A stretch of 64,000 bases of DNA from Lama glama (Eukaryota): NCBI GenBank assembly GCA_028534125.1, contig CM052832.1, positions 14,200,001-14,264,000 on the forward strand, written 5' to 3'. Shown piece after piece: positions 50,149 to 60,840 of the stretch. Each line of letters starts with the position of its first letter. Within the stretch, counting starts at the first letter, position 1. The translations under genes and the position numbers were made by a program. The notes under the pieces are model-generated. The model searched no databases. It was not told the origin of the DNA and saw only the letters and a program-made list of their open reading frames with translations.

Positions 50149-50256
50149 GCAGGGTGGGTATAGCTCAATGATAGAGAGCATGATGCATGCACAAGATCCT
50201 GGGTTCAATCCCCAGTACCTCTGCTTAAAACAAAACAAAACAAAACAAAACAAAAA
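50149..50256 (+). mobile_element. Vic-1-like SINE with (CAAAA)n tail
   Basis: gggtatagctcaatgatagag...tcctgggttcaatccccagtacctc. Confidence 0.88.
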
Positions 50257-50305
50257 CAGTTTGCTGAGTCTTTTAGATTTTTTTTTCTATGTACAAATAA
50301 ACATA

Positions 50306-50366
50306 TTAGGTTGCTAACATCTGATTGTTTGACCTACTAGAATAGCAGTTTGATATGGTTCAACCA
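50306..50366. mobile_element. Second MADE2-like copy with an internal deletion
   Basis: ttaggttg...gacctactag...tttgatatggttcaacc. Confidence 0.75.
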
Positions 50367-53201
50367 AGGAGAAGGTTGTCCCTCTCCAGAGGAGGCAGAA
50401 CCGAAGCTCAGAGACTCTCAGTGGGCAAGAGACCCTCCCTGGGCCCCAGGACTGCCCTGAATGCAAGTTAGAGGCTCAGGAGCCTGCGAGACCTTAAAGA
50501 GCCAAGTAGGGAAGGCCCCAGTTCACTTTCCCTGCCTTCCTCCTGCTCCTGCCAGCCAAGGGGAAGTGGTAGGCCTAAGATCCTCATGGAACCGAGACAC
50601 ATTGCTCCAACCACATGTCAATCTCAGGCTCCTCACTCCAGGCCTGGCAGTCAGGGAGTGAGGAAGTCAAAAATCTCAGTTGATTGCCAGTGAGGCCTAA
50701 AGTCAAAGCTGCTCCCTGAGGAAATTCATTATTTTAAAAGTTCCCCTCCCTGAAGCCCTCTGTCAGGATCAGGGACTCACTCCTAAAGTTCTTTAGAGAG
50801 AGGTTTCTCGTGACTCTGCAAAAACTCACAGTCTTCACTCAACTCCTGAGAAGTTTTATGTTTAACCTAAATCCATCCTGGACAGAAGTGACCTATTTTT
50901 CTAAAATCAAAGGGACAAAAGCTATAGTACTTTCTACAAGATCAGAGAGGAAAATTCATCTGATGTCTCCCCTGAACCTTCTCTTCTTCAGAGAAAACAA
51001 TCCTGACTTCTTGGGGTACTTCTCAGAGGACTTGCTCTTCTTTCTCCTCCTTCCAGCCTCATCATGGTTTTGCCCAAGACAGCCAGTGGCAGCCTTCTTA
51101 CCAACACATCAGGGGAGAAGTGGTAACTGTCACAAACAGACATAGTTTGCTTTGGGCTGGTGCAGGTCTCCTGCCTCTTCCCAGCTGAAGGCCCCAAGGA
51201 CAGGGACAGTTTTAGTGAGTACAGGCTAACCCCAGGATCTTTCTCTTTCTCACCAAGTCTTTCAGCTCAGGGGAGTGTGCCCTGCTGGTCTATCTCTCAT
51301 CAGCTTCTTCTTCTGACTTCTGACCACTTCTCTATTGCTCTTTTGCCTTTCCGGTATCCCCACCCCCAGCACTATCACTACTTCCTCCCATTCCAGTATC
51401 CACCACTACAGACTTGGGGGAGAAATCCTTCTCTCCTATGACATGAGCCCTCCCATTTCTGCCCCACCTGCCGCCTGGCCTACTGCTAGACTCCCACTGC
51501 TAGCTCAGATTCCTAGACCAGGTAGACGAGTTTTCTGTCAAGTGAAGGAGAAATCTAAGGCTGCTGGCAGTTGGCTCAATTTGAGCTGTGATGTGGTACA
51601 AAGACAGCAGATGGTCCAAGGATGCAACCTGTGCGGTTGGTGAACAGGCAACACCCCAGTTAGAGGGCAAGACAGAGGCTCAAACTAAGCTTTACTGACT
51701 GATGGGACCAGGAAAAGGGGAACCACCCTGAGTGCTGTACCCTCCATGTATAAGGGCATACAGAGCCTGGAGAGGTCGTAGGGGCCTCAGGTAAAGGAGA
51801 TGTAGAAAACAGAGTCTTAGAGACAAAAAATTACAGAGATTGGGGCTGTTCCTGAAAGATATTAAAAGGGCAGAGAGGGAGTTTCAGCAAGGATGGATTT
51901 TGGATAATCCACTTTTCTTTTACCTATACTGAAGACCTCATTTTATTACATAACCTGTAATAAAATGGTTTAAGTAGAATGTAAGGAAGAATCTGTCTGT
52001 TGGGAGACTCTCCCAGATGATGGAATGTGGTAGTGGACTCTCCTCCTTGGAGGAGTCAGGAATCATTTATTGGATGCTCACAGGTCTGGCTAAGGGATAG
52101 ATTATGGGATAGGACCAGTTTGGGACATTCTTTGTGTCCAAGTTCAGCAAAGCAAGGGGTTGGAATGGGGGTGGGGCACAATGCCTATCCTGTCTCATTC
52201 ATCTCTCCTAAATTTCCTCCTAGCTTGGTCTGGGGAGACATCAGCAACCTATGGCCTAGCCTTAGGGCAGGCACCTGGTTGTGCTCAATAAATATTTGTA
52301 GAGTGAATGAATGAACCCTTAAGGAAGGTGGCAGACGACTGAGGCCTACCCTATTCCTGTCTCCTACAGTTCCCTGGCTCCAGTGGCCTAGAGCCTTGCT
52401 TCTTGCCACAAACTAGGGTGAAGGCAGCACTAACCCAGCATGGGAGAAAAGAAGGAGAGAAACTTTTCCGCCTTCTAGGGATTATCTAGGACAAACTAAT
52501 GAACTTTAGGGCAATTACTGATGGGGCTCTTCCTGGGCTCAGATTCTACCCCTTCCTTACTTGAGGTCTGAAGGCCTAATGTAAGTTTCCCAACCTGGTG
52601 TAGGGGTGAGGAGGATGGTGAGCTGGGCAGCAGTATTATGGGGTCTTCAGTCCTTGCCCCTTGCCAGCTCTGTCCCACCTGGGAGGCAGGGCTCAGAGGA
52701 GCTGCCCTCCTGCTAAGGGTGACCCGGCCGGCCTGGTTTGGGACTGCTAGAGGTTCTTGAACACTCTCTCTCAGCTCCGAGAGGAAGTGACTGACAAGTA
52801 CTAGCTAACTGTAGTCTTTCTTCAAAGCCAGGAGGAAGCAGCAGGAAGGAGTAGGGTGCATGCCCAAGCTTGATTTGGGGAGACGTGTGCTCATCACATG
52901 GAGTCTGGGATTAGCTTGGCCCGTGGCCCTCAGAACCCTGTAATGCCACCTCCACTTTCCCAACAGTTGTGGGCAAGGGCTCTGGCTGATGGCTCTGCAC
53001 ATACTCACTGAGGCCTCTGGACAGTGAGCAGCAGCATCCACCAGGTAACGTTGCCCGTTACCCAGTACTGGCCCCCCACCCCTCCTGGGCCTCTAGACAG
53101 CTGGGTGCCCTGGGAGAAGCAGTGTTCATGCCTAGCTCCCAGGCAGCAGGAGCTCATGAGGTGTGTCTGCTGGCCTCCCTTACACCCCGCGTGCCCCTCA
53201 C

Positions 53202-53297
53202 CTTGAGCTGGGACTTGGAGACCTTGCCGCTCTTCTCCACGTCCAGTGCGGTGAAAGCGTACCAGATGGACTTAAGCAGCTCCTTGCGCAGGGCCAT
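53202..53297 (-). CDS. DEF6: DEF6 (IBP/SLAT, SWAP-70 family GEF) exon 1 CDS (96 nt)
   Basis: [32 protein letters not shown] (EF-hand-like N-terminus); donor AAG|gtgagg. Confidence 0.97.
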
Positions 53298-53500
53298 GGC
53301 TGAGGCGCCCGCCCAGCCTGGGCGGCTCTGACACCAAGATCCGGTTTCAGGAAATGCAAACGGCTGCAGAGACCGCAGAAGGGCCATGGCGGAGCGAGAG
53401 CTCCACCTGCCTGCTCATTCGGGCTCCCCGTGCAGGCAGGAACCGGCCTGTTGATGGAACCAGCCTTTTGCTCTCGCAGCGTTCAGTGGCCCCATTCCCT
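53298..53500 (-). promoter_or_regulatory. DEF6: DEF6 5' UTR and proximal promoter
   Basis: Local CpG enrichment upstream of a Kozak-context GCCATGG; ETS-like CAGGAAAT at about 53348-53355. Confidence 0.65.
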
Positions 53501-55098
53501 GTACGGGAACTGGGGACCAAGCCCTGGAAAGCTAGAGCCCCAGTTTTGTTCAGCCTGGTTTCCTGGGGGTGAGGCTCTTTAGAAGCTTCCTCAGCCCCAG
53601 AGCCTTCTGGAGCCTGCTGGGCTCCCAGAGGCAGCTTGCTGAGGAAAAAGCAGCCCATCCAGACTTGGGTGTCTGATAAAAGGGAGCAAATCCTGTACCA
53701 ATCCCACATGTACCAGGCGGGAGGCTTTGGTTAAGTTACTTAACCTCCTTTGAGCAATTTCTCATTGGTAAAGCAGGAGAAATGTCCATGTCATAGAGTT
53801 GCAAGAAGGTCTGAGAATGGCTGTAAAGCACAGAGCAGGCACTGGAGAAAGCATTTCTTTTAAGGCCATCTGACATTACAGTGGTGGTGGGGCTCCTTCC
53901 GAGTGGAAGAAAGATAACACAAAGTTGGAAGAGGAACTGGGCCATGGTGCTTCTCTGGGTCAGGAGGACTTGGCAGGTAGAGGATCGGCTGCCTCCCCAT
54001 CCTCTGGGCTTTAGCTTGAAAAGGGACCCAGAGCATTGCCCACTCTGGCCTAAAGACCTGGAGACTGTTTCTGAGGCTCATGGGGGTTAGCCTAGTGGTG
54101 GGGCCCAGTTTCAGGGGCGCTGGGAGTAGGAGGAGTAGGAGGCTGGGGATTCAGGTTCCTCCGCATCAGTGCTTCCATTTCTTCAGATTCAATACCTGTG
54201 AGGACTGGGGCATATCTCTGCCAGGAACAGTGGTCATGGATGTTGAAGGAGCCTGCTTAGGCAATTGAGACACCCCTCCCTGGGGGCATGTCCCAGCCCC
54301 ATGCTTCCAAGGAACTGGTAGCAAGAGGGAAAGGGAGCTTGCTAGGCATCCTAGGAGAGGATGCCTGGGTTAGGGGAGAGGGTTCCAACCCCAGGGTAGC
54401 AGTAAGAGGCCTGGGGCCACATGTATCACATTACAGAGAGGAAAAGAGGCACCTCTAATAACTGCAATGTTCCCATGGGGTCAAACCCAAAGAGTTCTTT
54501 CCATCAAGTCCCTTTCCCTGTACTTTTCAGTGGGGTCTTGATTGTAGCTTTGGAATTCCATAGCGTGGCCCCAGACACCTAGATAGGTACCCCCAGAGCT
54601 CGGTGCCAGAGCCAGGACTTCAGTGCCAGGGCAGCAGAGGTATCAGAGACCCTCAGTATCTTGGCAAAGCCACCCCAACCCCTACTCCATGGGGCTTTGC
54701 CCACCTAGAGGAGCAGTGGACTCTGTGCTGTATGTATGGAGGGCTGCCTGTGTTTGGAGAGGCTCTGACAACATAACATAAGGAAAAGTAGAAAAAAACA
54801 GAGTTCCTCCAGCCCAACCATCTTGAGGCCTGAGATCCAATGGAAGCCTGTAAGCAGTGGTCACACAGGTCCTGTTTGGCACCCTGGAGCCCATCTGCTC
54901 AGCTGTGGGCAGGAAGCCACTGGCAGCTCCTCAGGGCTGATCTTACACCAGGGCTTCCTTCCACCTGTGCCCCTGGTAGGGCAGTCCTACCAGTCCAGCA
55001 CTGAAGCCAAGTGAGGTCTGTGCCTGGGATACAAGGCTCTTAGCCTTGCCACCAGGGTCCCAAACTGAACGGAGGCACCCAGGTGGAAACTTGGAACT

Positions 55099-55104
55099 TT
55101 TATT
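55099..55104 (-). terminator. ZNF76: ZNF76 polyadenylation signal AATAAA
   Basis: tttatt on + strand, about 720 nt after the stop codon. Confidence 0.75.
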
Positions 55105-55823
55105 AAATACTCATTCACCCATTTGCCACCACCATCCAGAGAAGGGGAAAAAATAATCAAAAATGGAATTAAAAAAAAAATTACACCCAATCCCCAGTAT
55201 GTACAAGGTTGCTCCCTGCCTCTCTGCCAGAGGTTGGGGAGCAGCTGGGGGTTGGGGGGGGCTGGGCACCTTTTTTCCAGTCATAGGCCCCTGAGCAATT
55301 CTGACTATGGTGGCAAGAAGTCCCTGCTGCCAAGTGGCCAGGCATCTTGGCTGGCCTCCGGGGAGGTGGTTATTGCTGGGAGGGGCAGGGCTGCGCTGCA
55401 CTGCCCCTACTGGGCTGAAGAGCTATCTGCCTTCTCCCCTGGTGGGCACTGACCAGTTGGAGTGGAGGACCAGTTCCAAGAGCAGCCCTAATCGCCACCT
55501 GAGAAGGGGAGTGGACCAAGGGCAGGAAGGGTGTTTTCCAGAGGGAGGAGATGGCGCCCAGCTGATACTGGGGGGAAGGGAATCCCAGTGCAGCATGGTG
55601 ATTAAGCTTGTCCTCCTTAGCTCCTGAGGATGGCACACTCCCCCGATTCCAGCTGCTTGGACCTCCTCTTGGGCAGGGCCTCTGTGCCCTTTAGGCCGTT
55701 TTTCTGCCACCGTCTTGCCCTAGAGACCCATGTGGCCACCTTCCACGTGTCAGCCACACCCTGGGCCGTTGGAGGCAAGGATGCACCTCCTCCAACACAG
55801 CGTGGGACCCAGCCCTCTTGGGC

Positions 55824-55928
55824 TCAGCAGCCACTCTCCGACTCTGTGGTCTCCAGGGTCACAGCCCTCTGCTGCATGGCAGCAGTGGCCACACTGATGG
55901 CCTCCTCAAAGGTCTGCTGCTCTTCCAG
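55824..55928 (-). CDS. ZNF76: ZNF76 last coding exon (105 nt including TGA)
   Basis: LEEQQTFEEAISVATAAMQQRAVTLETTESESGC*; the ten exons total 1481 nt in a continuous frame. Confidence 0.95.
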   Translation of the reverse strand: MEEQQTFEEAISVATAAMQQRAVTLETTESESGC

Positions 55929-56477
55929 CTGTGGAGAAGGGGGTGGAGAAGTAAGGAGTGAGACCCTCCCTCCTAGATTCCAGAGGTATATGTGTATATG
56001 TGGCCTACTTTTCTGAATCTCCTCCACCCACTAAGTGCCACATATTTGAGCACTTAGTAGGACCCCAATAAACAGGAAGTTCACTGACAGAATTCTAGAA
56101 TTAGGCTAGGCATGGCGAGGGAGCCATGGAATGGTCGAGAGGCAAAGACCAGTTTGCTTAATGACTGGCTCGAGAGGACCTTGGTAATCATCTACTTCAG
56201 CCTCCTTATATTCCAGGTGAAGAAACAGGGACATGAAAAAACAAAGGACTTAAAGTACCAGGTAGATTGCCATCAGAGTTATTCTGAAAGTTGGAAGGGG
56301 CTTCACCAACCTGCCTTAGTCAAGAAAGAGCCAGAGACAGGTGTGTGGATGCAGGCAGAAAGGGATTTGTCCTCTGAAATGGGCTCTTGTTGAACCAAAT
56401 GCTGTTCTCTTCAAGATCGCCATCTAGTTCCCCTCCCCTTCTTGTTCCTTTCTCCTAGCAGACCTCTCTCTACTCAC

Positions 56478-56591
56478 CTGCACCGCAATGTGAGTTCCAC
56501 TGGCTGTGGCCAACAATGCCACCTGTTGATGATGAAGGGATGCTACACTTGAGTCCTCGGCCACCACAGTCCCAGAGGTAATGATTGTGAC
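56478..56591 (-). CDS. ZNF76: ZNF76 coding exon (114 nt)
   Basis: VTIITSGTVVAEDSSVASLHHQQVALLATASGTHIAVQ; tttcag acceptor, CAG|gtgagt donor. Confidence 0.95.
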
Positions 56592-57156
56592 CTGAAATAC
56601 AGAACAATGAGGTTTTCCAACCCACAGACATTACTCTCCCAATCCCCAATCCAAAAAAAAAATCCCTCCAAGCAAGGTGGCTGGGAACAACCCAGAAGGA
56701 AATGCATAAAACCGTTATGGGTCAGATTAGGGTCAGATTAATTAGCCTGGAGCTCAGAGCTAAGGGAGGTTGTATTTTTCTTTAACTTACAGCCAATTTA
56801 ATTTAGTAATTTTGAATCACAGAAGGACAGACCTGGAAAAAGCTCCAGAGATAATTTAACCCCCTCATTTGAAAATGGTCTAAAGTCCATGGAAAAGTGA
56901 CCTGTCTATGGTAGCAAAGCAAATTGGGGGTAGATGGGAGATTGAGAAACTGCCTCTTGACTCCCAGTGAAATGTTTTTCAACAAGGCAAGTCACTGATG
57001 GCCCATAACTGCTGTAGGGAAGACCCTTTATGTCTTTATGTGGGAATGTTGGTCCTCATAAGAAGGCTTGACTAATTCAGCCTGCACTTTAAGGCCCATC
57101 CCACAGAAAGGAAGGATGAGAGAACAAGAAACCCCAAGCAAACCGCCTGGTCATAC

Positions 57157-57321
57157 GGGCTGCGTCTGGGTGCCATCGGCGCTGACCATGGTGACTGTAT
57201 GAGTGCCAGATGTGGCAAGGTCATCCTCATGGCTGGGGATGGTGAGGGTGGTGCTCCCATGCTGGGTCACCATACTGATGGCACTCCCCAGGGCCTGCAG
57301 GTCTTCTGGGGACAGGCTGAC
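57157..57321 (-). CDS. ZNF76: ZNF76 coding exon (165 nt, symmetric phase 0)
   Basis: VSLSPEDLQALGSAISMVTQHGSTTLTIPSHEDDLATSGTHTVTMVSADGTQTQP; donor CCC|gtatga. Confidence 0.93.
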
Positions 57322-58041
57322 CTGCCAACAGGAAGGAAGAAGATGATCTGGGAGTGCAGGGGACGGATGTCTGAAAGCCCCTAGGCAGACACATCTGCTC
57401 TCCCAGACCAGCTTAGCTTATTGGTAAGCTAGAAGATCAGCATCATGTCCCAGGTGTGGAGGGGGTCAGGACACTCAAGCAAAAGAGGCCCTAGGCTGCA
57501 AAGAGGGGTTACACTGCAAGAATTCTGCTGACTACTTCTATTCACCATCACTTTGCTTCAGGGCTCAGTTCCATTCAATTCATGATCTCTACCTAATTTC
57601 ATCCTCATGTCAACTCCAAAAGGCACAGGTGCTCACTGGACAGTGAGCGTGCCGACAAGGATCAGGTTACACTGCCAGCTAGAAATCCCAGGCTTCCAGA
57701 CCCCACACCATGCTCTGGCTCCCATACCAACATGCCTCTCTGAGAAGGAAACCTAAGTGTCTCATTCAGATGATCAGGACCTGTCAGCCTCTAACTACTA
57801 ACTGTGCTAACTCCACTAACTGTGCTCCAGAAGTCCCAGAGACTGAGGTGGATGCACGAGGAAGATGGGGGCCTGCATTACAAGATTTGGTACCCTCAGT
57901 CTCAGCTCTCTGCGATCCATAAGACTAAAAAAGACAAACTAGGTGGAGATGAGGCTGTCAGAACTTTGGGGTTCCCCAGAGGGAGTGGGAGAGGGTACTA
58001 GCCAGACTGACCCACCCCCACCCTACCCCCAAGGCCTGTAC

Positions 58042-58205
58042 CTGCTGGGCACCATCCTGAGTGATCAGAGCCACCTGAGGGGCCCCCTCCTCCTCGGTCA
58101 CCATAGCCACTTGGGCTGGGATGTCATCACCTTCTTCTTTCACCTCCGACAGGTAAGCAATGCGGGGTCGTTTGGGTGGCGGGCTCTCCTCAGCTGCAGA
58201 GGCGG
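58042..58205 (-). CDS. ZNF76: ZNF76 coding exon (164 nt)
   Basis: ASAAEESPPPKRPRIAYLSEVKEEGDDIPAQVAMVTEEEGAPQVALITQDGAQQ, including an NLS-like PKRPR; AG/GT boundaries. Confidence 0.95.
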
Positions 58206-58299
58206 CTGGGAGAGAAGAGCCCAGGCTGACACCTGCCACCAGGTGGTCACAGGGAGGCCAGGCTTGTCTCCACCCTCACCTCCTGCCCACACCCCTCAC

Positions 58300-58533
58300 C
58301 CTCGAGCTGCTGTTGCTCATACAGGGCCTGCTCACTCTCCTCCGTGGCCTCCAACTCGCCATGGGCGCTGCGCTTGTGCATGGCCAGGGTGGAGGTCTGC
58401 CGGTAGGTCTTGCCGCAGGTGCTGCAGGTGTAGGGCTTGCAGTGTGTGTGTACCACGTGGTGCTTATACAGGCTTGAGTACTCGGTGAAGCGCTTCCCGC
58501 AGCCTGGCACCGTGCAAACGTATGGCTTCTCCC
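58300..58533 (-). CDS. ZNF76: ZNF76 coding exon (234 nt), ZF6-ZF7 and acidic linker
   Basis: [81 protein letters not shown] boundaries. Confidence 0.96.
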
Positions 58534-59335
58534 CTGGGGACACTGGGCTGTGAGGGTGGTGGGAACTGGGGCTGGCAAGGGGAAAACTAAGGGGACAGGG
58601 ATGGGGAACAGGGTTGGTGAAGGGAGAGCCAGAAGGAGGAAGAGGGACTGAGATCTGGGACTCTGAATGGACAGAGCTGGGGAAGGTAGCCCGTGGAAGA
58701 CAGAGGGGATGTGAGTGTGGGACCCTTGAGCCCAGAGACAAGGTGGGGAGAAAATGAGGGGACGGGGCAAGGCTGAGGCTAGTGAAGGGGCTGGTGGGAG
58801 GTGCTGGGGGCTTGTAAGGTTGAGGGTTATGAACAGAAGAGGCAGGAGACAGAGAGGGATGACTGATGTGTCAGGCGCAATGGGAGAGTGAGGGGACATA
58901 TGCGTCTGAGAGGTGACACAGGAGGCTGAACAGGAACGTAACACTGGGGAGGGGGAAGGTACACAGGAGTCATATGACAGTGGATGAGGTGAGGAGCTGA
59001 AGATGACACTTCACTCTGCTTTTTCCCCATCAAGCCTGACCCTAGCCTACTCCCGGGAGCTCAGCTGGAGGGGGAGAACTCAGGGTGGATGTAGAGAGGT
59101 GACAAGGAGCTGAGAGGGCTGGCAATGCCTGTCAGATTGGACCTAACTGGAAATGGAGGAACAGCTCACTGCAAGTAAAAGAGTGGTTCTGGGGATTCAG
59201 CCCTGCCCACAGGCTGGAACAACCAGTAGGGAAGGGCTCTGGGCTAGGTGTGGAGAACATGTCTCAGGTCAGAAGCCTACGGCAGAAGGGGTTGAGCCCT
59301 CAGTGGGGGTGGTCCTCACATGCCAGCTGGCCCAC

Positions 59336-59515
59336 CTGTGTGGATGCGCACGTGATTCTTGTAGTTGGTGGCGCTGGTGAAGCCACGGCCACAGTGGGGC
59401 TCGGGGCAGGTGTAGGGCCGCTCGCCTGTGTGGGTGCGCACATGTACCTTGCGGATATTAGACGTGGTGAAGGAGCGGCCACAGCCCTCAAAGGGGCACC
59501 GGAACGGGCGTTCAC
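59336..59515 (-). CDS. ZNF76: ZNF76 coding exon (180 nt), ZF4-ZF5
   Basis: [63 protein letters not shown] boundaries. Confidence 0.96.
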
Positions 59516-59558
59516 CTGTGGAGATGGGCTGTGTGAGGGGTGACTCAGGGAGGGGTCA

Positions 59559-59831
<273 letters not shown>

Positions 59832-60353
59832 CTAATGCAGAGGCTCTCCATCTGAGGTGTGTTCTGTGAGGCTCTAGACCTCCTTTGGCACAAGAAGCCT
59901 GTGTCTGCCTCTATCCTACCCCTGCCTGGGCAGATAAGAGGGGCTGGAGAAGCCCACTCTGCTCTCCTTCCTTCTCCAGGGACAGCTGGTGCCATTCCAG
60001 ACCAGCGTAAGAGGGAATCCAGAGAACCTATGGCTAAAGGTCCTCAATTCAGGGGGAAAATGAAGCTCAGAGAGATTTAGCGGCCCACCCAACACTCTCC
60101 ACTGGTCGGTGTCAGCGCCAACACAGGGGCAGGTCCCTCTACCAATCCCCAGGCCTGCTGGCCTGGACCGTGCTGCCTCTTGTTTCCGTTAACAGGGACT
60201 CCTTGAGACAATGCCCTGCAGTCAGAGCACTCTGACAGTAGTTACTCCAGGGAAGCAGCCTGGTGCTTGGTTCCCTTCAGGGAGCTGCCAAAGCTAATCT
60301 AGAACCCTTTGCCCTCAACTGGAAGCAGTCTACCTTGGTCTCCATTAGGTTAC

Positions 60354-60429
60354 CTGTGGCAAAGGCCTTTCCGCAGCCGGGGAAATCACACCTGTATGGA
60401 CGGTCACCCGTATGAGCTCTCTCATGCAC
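60354..60429 (-). CDS. ZNF76: ZNF76 coding exon (76 nt), ZF1-ZF2
   Basis: [25 protein letters not shown](G); AG/GT boundaries. Confidence 0.96.
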
Positions 60430-60723
60430 CTGTAAGGACAAGCAATCACATAATTGGAAGGACAGAGGTGTGAATGGACACTTTGGTTCTCTTTAGGGCC
60501 CAGAGTATCAGCACTGGCCATCTCCTTTATTTTGCTTCCTCTTCAGCTGAGATGCCACCTCCTCCAGAGAGCCTTCCCTGATACTCTGTCCTGCATTCTT
60601 CATGTGGGTCACAGCCCCCCTGTGCTGACATTTCTGTACAATCATCTCTTCCTTCCAGGAGGCAATGGGCAACTTGAGGGCAGGGACCAGTTCCAGTCTG
60701 AAAGCTCTTTACAGCAACCTTAC

Positions 60724-60840
60724 CTTTAAGTGATGAGCAGTGGTGTAGAGACGGCCACAGCCCTTGTAGCCACAGCGGAATGCCCTGTCCCCAACCTGCT
60801 GTCCTTTGACATTATGGGGAGCCTGGCTGTCATGTAGAAC
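60724..60840 (-). CDS. ZNF76: ZNF76 coding exon (117 nt), start of zinc finger 1
   Basis: [43 protein letters not shown] boundaries, phase 0/0. Confidence 0.96.
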
